Assembly (NCBI GenBank): GCA_965261735.1
Contig: OZ253470.1
Coordinates: 4,512,001-4,576,000, forward strand
Direction: 5' to 3'
Source of the DNA: Alphaproteobacteria bacterium
GTDB lineage: Bacteria > Pseudomonadota > Alphaproteobacteria > SHVV01
Length of the DNA stretch: 64,000 nucleotides
The translations under genes were made by a program, and so were the position numbers. Of the stretch, positions 20,834-30,182 are shown piece after piece. A model generated the notes under the pieces. That model saw nothing but the letters and a program-made list of their open reading frames with translations. It had not been told where the DNA came from and did not search any database. Position 1 is the first letter of the stretch. Each line of letters starts with the position of its first letter.

Positions 20834-22948
20834 ATGTATATCGTGTCGACCGATGTTGGCGGGACCTGCACCGACACCGTTATCTTCGCCAACGATGAGC
20901 CCATCCACATCGGCAAGGCGCTCTCGACCCCGCCCGATTTCGGCCGCGGCGTTATCGATTCGATCGAGAACGCCGTGTCGGCGATGGGCACCACGATCGA
21001 AGACCTGTTTCGCAAGACGTCGCTGTTTATGCACGGCACCACGGTTGTCGACAACACGATCCTGACTCGCGCCGGCGCCAAAACGGGGCTCATCACCACC
21101 AAGGGCTTCGAGGACGTGTTGCTGGTTACGCGGGGCGGTTACGGCCGCTGGGGCGGGCTGTCGGAAGACCAGATCAAGAATCCAGTCAACACGGACCGCG
21201 GCACGCCGCTGATCCCTTTCGAGCGCATTCGCGGCGTTCAGGAGCGGGTCGACTACAAGGGTGCCGAGATCGTCGAACTCGATGAGGCGGAGGCCGAGGC
21301 GGCCACGCGCGATCTGATCGAGCGCGTCGGCGTCGAGGCCATCGCAGTCTGCTTCTTGTGGTCATTCAACAATCCGAGCCATGAGCGCAAGGTACGTAAC
21401 GTCATTCGCCGCATCGCCCCCGACACCTATGTCACCCTGTCCAGCGACATCGCTCCCGTACTCGGCGAGTACGAGCGCACCTCGACGAGCGTCATCAACG
21501 CCTATGTCGGCCGCATCACCTCGGGCTACCTGGCCGGCATGCAGACCATGCTCGAGGATTTGGGCTACCACGGGCCGATGATGGTTATGCAGGGCTATGG
21601 CGGGCTGTTGCCGGCGGCGGAGGCCGGCGACCGCTCGGTCGGTATGATCGAGTGCGGGCCGGCGGCCGGCGTCATCGGCAGCAAGTTCCTCGGCGATCTC
21701 ATGGGCGACCACGACGTGATCGCCGCCGACATGGGTGGAACGACGTTCAAGGTTGGCGTGATCCAGGGCGGCCAGATCGAATACGCGCGCGAGCCGATGG
21801 TCGATCGCTACCACTACGTGGCGCCGAAGATCGACGTCGTCTCGATCGGCAACGGCGGCGGCAGCATCGTCTGGCTCGAGGAGGCGACCCATATTCCCAA
21901 GGTCGGGCCGCGCAGCGCGGGCGCCGATCCGGGACCGGTGTGTTACGGTCGTGGTGGCACCGAACCGACGCTCACCGACATCATGACCCTCATCGGGTAC
22001 ATGGACCCAACGACCTTTCTCGGCGGTTCCATGACCCTCGACGTGGAGGCTGCGCGCAGCGTGTTCGCCGAACGGATCGCCCGGCCGCTCGGGCTCGACG
22101 TGGTCGAGGCGGCGATGGGTATCTATCGCATCGCGGCCGCCCAGATCACCGACCTCATCCACGAGGTGACCGTCGAGCGCGGCCTCGACCCGCGCGATTT
22201 CGTGCTCCACGCCTTCGGTGGAACGGGTCCCATGCTTGCCGGCGTGTTCGGGCGCGAGCTCAGCGTCAAGCGTGTCCTCATCCCCTACACGGCCGCGGTG
22301 AACTGCGCCTTCGGCTTGGTATCGGCCGACATCGTCCACGAATACACGACGACGAAGACTCTGCCGGTGCCCTCCGACCCGGCCGAGATCAATGCGATCT
22401 TTGAGCCGATGCTCGAGCGCGGGCTGGCCCAGCTCAAGGACGAGGGTTTCGAGGGCGATCGCGTGCAAACCCAAGGGGCCGTCGATCTACGTTATTCGCG
22501 GCAGACTCACGAAATGACGACGCCGCTCCGCGAAGGCGGCCCGGTGACGCAAGCCACCGCCGAGCGCCTGATCGATGATTTCGAGATGCTCTACGAGCGG
22601 CGCTACGGCAAGGGTTCAGCCTACCGCGAAGCGGGCATGGAAATGACCGTGTTCCGCCTCACCGCGCGCGGATTGCTCGAGCGGCCGACCATGGAAAAAG
22701 AGACGCTCGGGAAGGCCGATCCTTCGCCGGCCGAGGTCGGCAGCCGCGACATCTTTATCGAGTCAAAGGGTGCGCTCGCGCCCGGAAAGATCTACGATTT
22801 CGAACGGATGGGGCCGGGCAACGTGGTCGCGGGGCCGGCCGTCATCCACACGCCGATCACGACGATCGTGCTACAGGACGCGCAAACCGGAGCCATGGAC
22901 GAATACCGCAACGTCGTCATCGAGTTCACTGAGGAGAGTGGGTCATGA
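20834..22948 (+). CDS. Hydantoinase A / oxoprolinase / acetone carboxylase beta-like subunit
   Basis: DVGGTCTD, HGTT, EYER, DMGGTT, SAGADPGPVCY; GAGGAG RBS before ATG 20834. Confidence 0.92.
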   Translation: MYIVSTDVGGTCTDTVIFANDEPIHIGKALSTPPDFGRGVIDSIENAVSAMGTTIEDLFRKTSLFMHGTTVVDNTILTRAGAKTGLITTKGFEDVLLVTRGGYGRWGGLSEDQIKNPVNTDRGTPLIPFERIRGVQERVDYKGAEIVELDEAEAEAATRDLIERVGVEAIAVCFLWSFNNPSHERKVRNVIRRIAPDTYVTLSSDIAPVLGEYERTSTSVINAYVGRITSGYLAGMQTMLEDLGYHGPMMVMQGYGGLLPAAEAGDRSVGMIECGPAAGVIGSKFLGDLMGDHDVIAADMGGTTFKVGVIQGGQIEYAREPMVDRYHYVAPKIDVVSIGNGGGSIVWLEEATHIPKVGPRSAGADPGPVCYGRGGTEPTLTDIMTLIGYMDPTTFLGGSMTLDVEAARSVFAERIARPLGLDVVEAAMGIYRIAAAQITDLIHEVTVERGLDPRDFVLHAFGGTGPMLAGVFGRELSVKRVLIPYTAAVNCAFGLVSADIVHEYTTTKTLPVPSDPAEINAIFEPMLERGLAQLKDEGFEGDRVQTQGAVDLRYSRQTHEMTTPLREGGPVTQATAERLIDDFEMLYERRYGKGSAYREAGMEMTVFRLTARGLLERPTMEKETLGKADPSPAEVGSRDIFIESKGALAPGKIYDFERMGPGNVVAGPAVIHTPITTIVLQDAQTGAMDEYRNVVIEFTEESGS

Positions 22949-24774
22949 TTGACGCGATTACGTTTGAGATCATCCGCCACCGTCTGTTTCGAGTGATCGA
23001 GGAGGGGGTTATCACGCTCAAGCACGTGTCGGGGAGCGAGATCACGTGCGAGGGTCACGACCTGATGGTGGCGCTGCACCGGGCCGACGGCTCGCTGCTG
23101 CTGGCCGGGATCGGCTATCTGCACCATACGCCGAGCGCGGCCGAGGCGTGCAAGCACATCGTGCGCCGCTTCGAGGGCGAGATCTACGAGGACGATGTGT
23201 TCCTGCTCAACGATCCCTACACGGCGGCGCACCACACCTCGGACATCTACCTGATCTCGCCCATTCATTACGAGGGCCGGCTGGTGGCGTGGAGCAGCTC
23301 GTTCGTGCACGTCAACGACATCGGGGCGATGAACCCGGGCGGCTTTTGCCCGGACGCGCGCGAGATCTATGTCGAGGGCTTCTCTTCGCCGGGCATCAAG
23401 CTGATCGAGCGCGGCCGGCTGCGCCAGGACCTGATGGACACGATCTGCAACATGGTGCGCAGCCCGGCGCTTGTGACGCTCGACATCAAGTCGATGATCG
23501 CCTGCCACAACGTGGCCAAGGAGCGCATGCACGCGCTCTACGACAAGTACGGGGCGGCGACGGTAGACGAGGCGTGCGCGGCGCTGATCGAGCAGTCGGA
23601 CCGGCTCTTCGGGCAGCGCCTGGACGAGCTTCCAGACGGGCGCTGGCAGTCGCGCCAGCGCTTGCGTTGCCGCGGTGAGGACTACTGCGTGGCGCTGACG
23701 ATGACCAAGCGGGCGGGCCACCTGAGCTTCGACTTCACGGGTACGAGCGCGCAGTCGCAGTACGCGATCAACGCGCCCTACTGGGCGACGTGGGGGGCGA
23801 TCTTCTCGCCCATCTTTTCGGTGCTGTGCCCGGACATGGTGTGGAACGAAGGGCTGACGCGGCGGGTGTCGATGATCGCGCCCGAGGGCAGCATCCTCAA
23901 CGCCAAACGGCCGGCGCCGATCTCGGTATCGACGACCGCCGCGGTGCCGATGGTCAACGGGTCGGCGCTGCACTGCATCTCGAAAATGCTGGCGACCAGC
24001 GAACGGCACGAGCGCTATGCCACCGCCGTGTGGGACGGCGGCTACAACGCGGTATTCATGTTCGGCCGCGACCAGCGCGGGCAGTTCACCATCGGCTACA
24101 TGACCGACGTGTTCGGCGGCGCCGGCGGCGCCCGCAACTATGCCGACGGCGTCGACGTCGGCGGTGACATCCCCAACCCGATCACGCGAACGGCCAACGT
24201 CGAGACGACGGAAGCGCGGTTGCCCTTGCGCTACCTGTTCCGCCGTCGGGTCAAGGACGCGGGCGGCGCCGGGCTGTACCGCGGCGGCTCCTGCCTCGAG
24301 TACGCGGTGACGCCGCACGATGCACCCGACGGCGGCGTGCACTTCGTCATGACCGGCAAGGGCACCGGCTTTCCCACGAGCGAGGGCATCGCGGGCGGTT
24401 ATGTCGGCTCGCCGCCGCACTGCTATCTCGTGCACGTGCCCGAGGGCAAGAACGATCCGCGGTCTTCCACCGGATGCGGCCTGGATGAGCTTCCCGGCGA
24501 CAAGGAGGCGATCGCCTGGGGCGAGTATCCGCTGATGGGCGACGACATCCTCTATGTCGGCAGCAGCGGCGGCGGCGGCTACGGCGACCCGCTCGACCGC
24601 GATCCTCAGGCGGTACTCCACGACGTGTGCGAGAACCTAACGTCAGTGCATGACGCCGGTGAGCTGTACGGCGTCGTTCTCAGCCAGGCCAATGATGCCG
24701 TCGACAGTGCCGCCACCGAGGCGCGGCGCACCGCGATTCGCGAGGCGCGCTCCTTACAGATCGCCGCCGAGTAA
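22945..24774 (+). CDS. Hydantoinase B / oxoprolinase / acetone carboxylase alpha-like subunit
   Basis: FEIIRHRL, NDPY..HTSD, GGAGLYRGG, GGGGYGDPLDRDP. Confidence 0.92.
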   Translation: MIDAITFEIIRHRLFRVIEEGVITLKHVSGSEITCEGHDLMVALHRADGSLLLAGIGYLHHTPSAAEACKHIVRRFEGEIYEDDVFLLNDPYTAAHHTSDIYLISPIHYEGRLVAWSSSFVHVNDIGAMNPGGFCPDAREIYVEGFSSPGIKLIERGRLRQDLMDTICNMVRSPALVTLDIKSMIACHNVAKERMHALYDKYGAATVDEACAALIEQSDRLFGQRLDELPDGRWQSRQRLRCRGEDYCVALTMTKRAGHLSFDFTGTSAQSQYAINAPYWATWGAIFSPIFSVLCPDMVWNEGLTRRVSMIAPEGSILNAKRPAPISVSTTAAVPMVNGSALHCISKMLATSERHERYATAVWDGGYNAVFMFGRDQRGQFTIGYMTDVFGGAGGARNYADGVDVGGDIPNPITRTANVETTEARLPLRYLFRRRVKDAGGAGLYRGGSCLEYAVTPHDAPDGGVHFVMTGKGTGFPTSEGIAGGYVGSPPHCYLVHVPEGKNDPRSSTGCGLDELPGDKEAIAWGEYPLMGDDILYVGSSGGGGYGDPLDRDPQAVLHDVCENLTSVHDAGELYGVVLSQANDAVDSAATEARRTAIREARSLQIAAE

Positions 24775-24777
24775 GCC

Positions 24778-25050
24778 ATGCGTCTGTCGCCGACCCTCAC
24801 GATCGATGATGGCGCGGCCAGCGGAACCGTCAGCTGCGCGAAGTGCGGCCACCAGCTCGGGCCCGCCAACGAGCCGTGGAAGCCCAAGGCGGCGTTGCGC
24901 GAGCGCCTGATGGAGGAGATGGGAGCGGTCCACTTCTCGGGCGGCCCGGTTCTTCTGCGCGAGTTCTCGTGCCCCGAATGCGCCACCCTCCTAGATACGG
25001 AGACGGCGCTCGAAGGCGATCCCTTCCTCGACGACTTCCTGCTCGATTGA
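24778..25050 (+). CDS. Acetone carboxylase gamma subunit-like Zn-binding protein
   Basis: CAKCGH..NEPWK and REFSCPECATLLDTE. Confidence 0.8.
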   Translation: MRLSPTLTIDDGAASGTVSCAKCGHQLGPANEPWKPKAALRERLMEEMGAVHFSGGPVLLREFSCPECATLLDTETALEGDPFLDDFLLD

Positions 25051-25070
25051 GGGCGCGCCCGCGCGGCGCG

Positions 25071-26012
25071 TCACTCGCCGGGCGGCGGCCCCTCGATGCC
25101 GACCTGCTCGACGATCGGGCCATAGGCCTGCGGCTGGCGATGGACGGCCATGTTGAAGGTGTGCTCGCGCCCGGTCGTCGCGCGGTCGAGGTCAAGGGTG
25201 GCGACGGCAAGCGCATCTTCGCCGCGGACCTCGCACACGGCGATGATCTCGCCGCTCGGTGAGACGATCGAGGTGCCGCCGATCAGATAGTCGATGTCCT
25301 CGCGCCCGGTCTTGCCGACGCCGACGACGTAGTAGCCGTTCTGGTACGCGCCCGCCTGCATACACAATTGGCTGTGAAACTCGGTCAACGGGTTCTTGAT
25401 CCAGGGCACATCGAGCGGCGTGTTGAAGCCGAGCATGACGAGTTCCGCGCCGCGCAGGCCGAGCACACGGAACGTCTCGGGAAAACGGCGGTCGTTGCAG
25501 ATGCACATGCCCATGACGCCGCCGAACCCGCGAAAGGTCGGAAATCCGAGATTGCCGTGACTGAACCAGCTCTTTTCCGAGTACTGGTACTCGTACTCGG
25601 GCAGCAGCTCCTTGTGGCCGGGTAGATGGACCTTTCGGAACTTGCCGATGATCCTCCCGCCGCCATCGACGAGGACGGTACTGTTGTAGTAGCGCCTCCC
25701 GCCCTCCTCCTCGGTTATCTCCGCGAACCCGAGGTTGAAGCCGATGTTGAGCTTGGCGGCCTCATCGAAAAGCGGCTGCGTTGCCGCGCTCGGCATCTCG
25801 CGCTCGAACCACTGCTCGGGATCGGCCTCCGCGCTGCGATGCTTGCGCGGGAAAAACGTCGTCAGCGCAAGCTCGGGATAGACTACCAGCTGGCAGCCCC
25901 GTGCGTGGGCTTCGCGCATGAGCTCGAGGAGGCGGGCAACGACGGTTTGACGGCTCTCGTCGGGCTGAACGGGCCCCATCTGGGCGGCGCCGACGGTGAG
26001 GAGTCGAGGCAT
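25071..26012 (-). CDS. N-carbamoyl-D-amino acid hydrolase-like (nitrilase superfamily)
   Basis: GAAQMGP, PELALTTFFPR, RKVHLPG, GMCICNDRRFPE. Confidence 0.88.
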   Translation of the reverse strand: MPRLLTVGAAQMGPVQPDESRQTVVARLLELMREAHARGCQLVVYPELALTTFFPRKHRSAEADPEQWFEREMPSAATQPLFDEAAKLNIGFNLGFAEITEEEGGRRYYNSTVLVDGGGRIIGKFRKVHLPGHKELLPEYEYQYSEKSWFSHGNLGFPTFRGFGGVMGMCICNDRRFPETFRVLGLRGAELVMLGFNTPLDVPWIKNPLTEFHSQLCMQAGAYQNGYYVVGVGKTGREDIDYLIGGTSIVSPSGEIIAVCEVRGEDALAVATLDLDRATTGREHTFNMAVHRQPQAYGPIVEQVGIEGPPPGE

Positions 26013-26342
26013 GGTGGGCTCCCGGTTTATGAGTTGCCACAATCGTAATTGAGCGCCGGATGATGTCAACCGAGCGCGCGGGAGCGTCCACGGCATAAAC
26101 CCCTGCCATCAACGGGCCTCGCTTCCATGCAGTCGCGTACGTTAACAATACAGCCGATGCCGTCATCGACGCCGACACCTTCCTCAAAATGCTGATCAAC
26201 AGAATCGACGCCCCGTCCAGAAGTCAATACGGTGATCCATTAGACGATGTATCCGACGCGGATTTCCTCAACTTCGATGCGGCTGCAACTCTAGTAAATC
26301 TGTTGGCGGATAGCGTAACGGACTGTAGCCTCCAGGCCCAGG

Positions 26343-27483
26343 GATCGTGTCCCGCGGAGTGGTGTAAGAGCGTTGCGCTCTACGCGGCTCCCGGCGTGTA
26401 GGGCCGGGACGTTCAGGCTGCCACGGTGGGCAGCGTGATGGGGACACCATCGCTCAGCGGAGCGATGGATTCCAGCGTCATGTATCTCCTTGAGACGGCC
26501 CACTCGTCGTTCTGCTCGAGAAGGATGGCGCCGACGAGCCGTGTGATGGCGGCTTCGTTGGGAAAGATACCGACGACGTTGGTGCGACGCTTGACCTCGG
26601 CATGGAGCCGTTCGATCGGGTTTGTGGAGTGCAATTTCTGGCGGTGCTCCCTGGGGAAGCTCATGTAGGCGAGGACGTCGTGCTCGGCTTCGTCCATGAG
26701 AACTGCCAGCTTGGGCACCTTGGGCCTGAGCTGGTCGGCGACCTGGCGCCACTGGACCTTCGCGCTGTCGGCGTCCTCCTGGGCGAAGGCGGAGACGACG
26801 CGCCGGCCCTGGCGGCCGGCATGGGCCAGCAGGTTGCGGGCGAAGTGCACGCGGCAGCGCTGCCATGTGGCGCCGAGGATCCGGGTCGCGGCGGCCTTCA
26901 GGCCCTTGTGGTCGTCGGAGATCACCAGCTTCACGCCGCGCAGCCCGCGCCGGGCCAGCGAGCGCAGGAACTCGGTCCAGAAGGTCTCGGCCTCCGACGC
27001 GCCGATCGCCACGCCCAGGACCTCGCGGCGGCCTTGGTCGTTGACGGCCACAGCCACGGTCACCGCGACCGAGACGATGCGTCCGGTCTGGCGCACCTTC
27101 ACGTAGGTGGCGTCGAGCCACAGATAGGGCCAGTCGCCCTCCAGCGGTCGATCGAGGAAGCCGGTGACCTTATCGTCGATCTCGCCGCACAGCCTGGAGA
27201 CCTGGCTCTTGGAGGCGCCCGACATCCCCATCGCCTGAACCAGATCGTCGACCGAGCGGGTCGACACCCCCTGGATGTAGGCCTCCTGGATCACCGCAGC
27301 CAGCGCCTTCTCGGCCATCCGCCGCGGCTCCAGGAAGCCCGGGAAGTAGCTTCCCTTCCTCAGCTTCGGGATCTTCAGCTCGACCGTGCCGGCCCGCGTC
27401 TCCCAGGACCGGTCGCGGTAGCCGTTGCGATGGGTGATACGATCCGCCGAGCGCTCGCCGTGCCCGGCGCCGGTCAGGCCCTC
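26343..27483 (-). mobile_element. IS256 copy 2, 5'-truncated
   Basis: Near-identical to copy 1 from the right end up to ...EGLTGAG; left ~290 bp missing; abuts IS1595. Confidence 0.9.
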
Positions 27484-27509
27484 GGCAAGAAGTAAGCTTG
27501 CCTATCCGG

Positions 27510-27538
27510 TTGACACCCACACCCACTAGGGCTAGAAT
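27510..27538 (+). promoter_or_regulatory. Near-consensus sigma70 promoter of the IS1595 transposase
   Basis: TTGACA-17 bp-TAGAAT, 30 bp upstream of ATG 27569. Confidence 0.7.
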
Positions 27539-27568
27539 GGGCGCAACCCGGATATAGGGGAGCGCGCC

Positions 27569-28588
27569 ATGGATGTTCTCGACCGCGCCGATCTCCCATT
27601 CCCGCATTCGCTACCCGAGTTCCAGCGACTTTTCCCCGATGATGCGGCCTGCGCCGCCTACCTGGAGAAAGCCCGCTGGGGAGACGGCTTTGCCTGCCCG
27701 CACTGCGGCACGGCGGGAGAGCCGTTCCACTTTGAAAACCGCCCTGGCGTCCTGCGCTGCCGCAAGTGCCGCCAGAACACCGGGCTGACGGTGGGAACAG
27801 TGATGGAGCGTAGCCACACTCCGCTGAACGTCTGGTTCTGGGCCGCTTATCTGGTCGCCAGTCAGACGCCCGGCATGTCCGCCGTGCAGTTTCAGCGGCA
27901 ACTTGGTCTTTCGCGCTACGAGACGGCCTTTCAAATTCTCCACAAGCTCCGCTCGGGCATGGTGCGGCCCAACCAAGACAGGATCGGTGGACAGCCCAAG
28001 AACCATGTTGAGGTGGACGAAACCTGGGTTGGCGGGCGAACGCGTGGGGAAGGCCGTGGTGTTCACCACAAGGTTCCCGTCTCCTGTGCCATCGAGGTGC
28101 GTCATCGAAAGCCGGGCACCAAGCTCGACAACCGGAAAGACGGACGCTATGCCGGACGCGTTCGGCTCGCCGTCGTGCTCGACCGTAGCGCCGAGTCGCT
28201 CTGTGGGTTCGTCGAGAGCACCGTCGCGCCGCGATCGCTGATCGTTACTGACGATTGGAGCGGCTATGCTGGCCTCGGTAAGCGCGGCTATGAGCACTTC
28301 GCTGTTGCCGAGTGTGGTGATCCAGAGGTTGCCGAGCAATACCTGCCGATCATCCATCTGGTTTTCGCCAACCTGAAGACGTGGCTGATCGGTATCCACC
28401 ACGGCGTTAGCCACCAGCACCTACAAGCCTACCTCAACGAGTTCACCTTCCGCTTCAACAGGCGGTTCTACCCGTTCAACGCCTTCCGCTCATTGCTCGG
28501 CATCGCGGGCGACACCTCTGCTCCAACCTATGCCGAGCTTTACTCGGGAGAGTGGTGGCACCCTACATGTAGCGGTCATGGGCGTTAA
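27569..28588 (+). CDS. IS1595 transposase
   Basis: CPHC...CRKC zinc ribbon, VEVDETWVGG, VTDDWSGY, YLNEFTFRFNRR. Confidence 0.93.
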   Translation: MDVLDRADLPFPHSLPEFQRLFPDDAACAAYLEKARWGDGFACPHCGTAGEPFHFENRPGVLRCRKCRQNTGLTVGTVMERSHTPLNVWFWAAYLVASQTPGMSAVQFQRQLGLSRYETAFQILHKLRSGMVRPNQDRIGGQPKNHVEVDETWVGGRTRGEGRGVHHKVPVSCAIEVRHRKPGTKLDNRKDGRYAGRVRLAVVLDRSAESLCGFVESTVAPRSLIVTDDWSGYAGLGKRGYEHFAVAECGDPEVAEQYLPIIHLVFANLKTWLIGIHHGVSHQHLQAYLNEFTFRFNRRFYPFNAFRSLLGIAGDTSAPTYAELYSGEWWHPTCSGHGR

Positions 28589-28616
28589 CCGGATAGGCAA
28601 GGAAGTAAGTATCGCT

Positions 28617-28650
28617 TGAATCGGCGGTCGCGACACCGGCCGCCGATTCA
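28617..28650. terminator. Strong hairpin, possible terminator
   Basis: TGAATCGGCGG...CCGCCGATTCA 11-bp perfect outer stem; no clear U-tract. Confidence 0.35.
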
Positions 28651-28991
28651 CACCACCTCGGGAGGCTAGCGAGGAGTAACGCTGCACCTTCTGCGGCGCG
28701 CAAAATGCGCCCCCGAGCTTTCCCATGCCGGCTAAGCCCGGCACTCGGCACCGAGGTCAGCGGCCTCGACTTGTCAGAGCCGCTTGATGACACGAATCCT
28801 GCGAACCCCGCCCCGACCCGGCCGATTTAGCCGCCATTCAACGAGATTGGCGGTCAGGCGTCCAGGCCGGGCCGCGCATCCGTCCGGAATCCGTCCGACG
28901 CCCTCGCGAAAAACAAGCGCCGCGGACCGACCATGTGGCCCGCGGCGCTGTGTGCCGGAGACCGGCCCAGCGGGGCCGGCCGGCAAGCGCC

Positions 28992-29930
28992 CTAGTTCAC
29001 GCGGAACTCCTCGGGCAGGAAGAACAAGGAATCCTGATCCTCGGCCACGGCGGCGTGGCATTCGACACAAAACTCGACGTTGGCCGAGCCCTGCCCCTTG
29101 GTGACACCGAAGACAGTGCCGTCGGGGTTGACCATGGTGTACGCCCAGTCGAACGAGTCGGCGTTGAACCCGGCGTTGCGCTTTTCCATGACGAACAGCG
29201 GGCCGGCCGCTGTGGTGCCGTTGGGATTGACCACGAAACTGTCCTTGGCCAGCACCGAACCGGCCGGCATCCGGCCCCCGTCTTCGAACTTCTTGTAGTT
29301 CGCTGCGGCGACCGGGTTCGCGTAATTGTTGACGTAGCGGCTGCCGTGCGTGGCCGACTGGTACGGCGACGAGGCGACAAGGGCCCAGAACCAATAGTTG
29401 GCGACCGGCTCGAGCCCGGCCCTGTGATAGCCGCTGATCATCTCGTCGATCAGGCAACCATAGGCCTTGTTCGCCTCGGCAGCCGTGACCTCGGCCCCGG
29501 CCGACGCGCCGCACGGACTGCAAGGATTGCATGCCTTGGCTGCCGCGCAGGGGTTGCGGGGGTTCTTGGCCGCGCACGGGTTGCACGCACTGGCAGCGGC
29601 GCACGGGTTCTTGGCCGCGCACGGATTACACGCGCCGAGCGCCGCCGCTTGCAGGCGCGGGATCATGCACCTCGACGCCGTCGCTCCAGCGCCACAGGGA
29701 CTACACGGATTGCACGGGTTCTTCTTTGCCGCACACGGGTTGCACGCCGCGGCCAGCCGGATGACGCCCGGCTTGGGCTTTGCGGCAGGCAGGGCACCGG
29801 AGAACTGTTGGGCGAGCCCGGAAGCGTATCCGGGCGCAACGACCACGATAGCGCCGCCAGCTGCTATGCCGGCACCGACCAGGGCTGGAATAACGGTGGT
29901 GGAAAGGAGCTTGGACTTGGGCAGTTTCAC
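28992..29930 (-). CDS. Cytochrome P460-family c-type cytochrome with N-terminal Cys-rich NPC repeats
   Basis: GGAGG RBS + GTG 29930, signal-like N-terminus, (AC)NPCAAK repeats, MPAGSVLAKDSF, LFVMEK, C-terminal CVECH heme motif. Confidence 0.8.
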   Translation of the reverse strand: MKLPKSKLLSTTVIPALVGAGIAAGGAIVVVAPGYASGLAQQFSGALPAAKPKPGVIRLAAACNPCAAKKNPCNPCSPCGAGATASRCMIPRLQAAALGACNPCAAKNPCAAASACNPCAAKNPRNPCAAAKACNPCSPCGASAGAEVTAAEANKAYGCLIDEMISGYHRAGLEPVANYWFWALVASSPYQSATHGSRYVNNYANPVAAANYKKFEDGGRMPAGSVLAKDSFVVNPNGTTAAGPLFVMEKRNAGFNADSFDWAYTMVNPDGTVFGVTKGQGSANVEFCVECHAAVAEDQDSLFFLPEEFRVN

Positions 29931-30083
29931 GGTATCGCCTCCTGCTGGTTCAGGTAGCGGATGGATCATGCGGACCGGGCTTGGGCGCCGCTTCATCCTC
30001 GCAGTGTGCGCCGCTTCGCCAAGGTTGGCTAGGCGGTTGCTCCGGGAGTTCGAACGGCATGACGCGAACCGTGCGGAGCCCAA

Positions 30084-30176
30084 CGTCCGCTATGGGTCAC
30101 CAGCAGACCTCCGGCCACATTGCTGTGTAGTTCCGCTTACGGCCCAGAAGCGGGCATGATCGCCCGGAAAGCGGAC
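30084..30176 (-). repeat. Half copy C of the multi-palindrome element (modules 5, 4, 3)
   Basis: CGTCCGCTATGGGTCACCAGCAGAC-22 bp-TTCCGCTTACGGCCCAGAAGCGGGC-11 bp-GAAAGCGGAC; spacer lengths equal those of copy E. Confidence 0.7.
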
Positions 30177-30182
30177 ATCACG

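Larger units (their letters stand above)
27497..28601 (+). mobile_element. IS1595-family element, copy 1, with 8-bp target duplication GAAGTAAG
   Basis: IRs CTTGCCTATCCGGTT / AACCGGATAGGCAAG; GAAGTAAG at 27489-27496 and 28602-28609. Confidence 0.93.

Noticed and set aside
22792-24621. Long antisense ORFs (also 42889..44502, 48377..49780, 49777..51291, 62314..63960)
   Set aside because: Mirror frames of well-supported genes; expected from high GC3 codon bias; no recognisable motifs.
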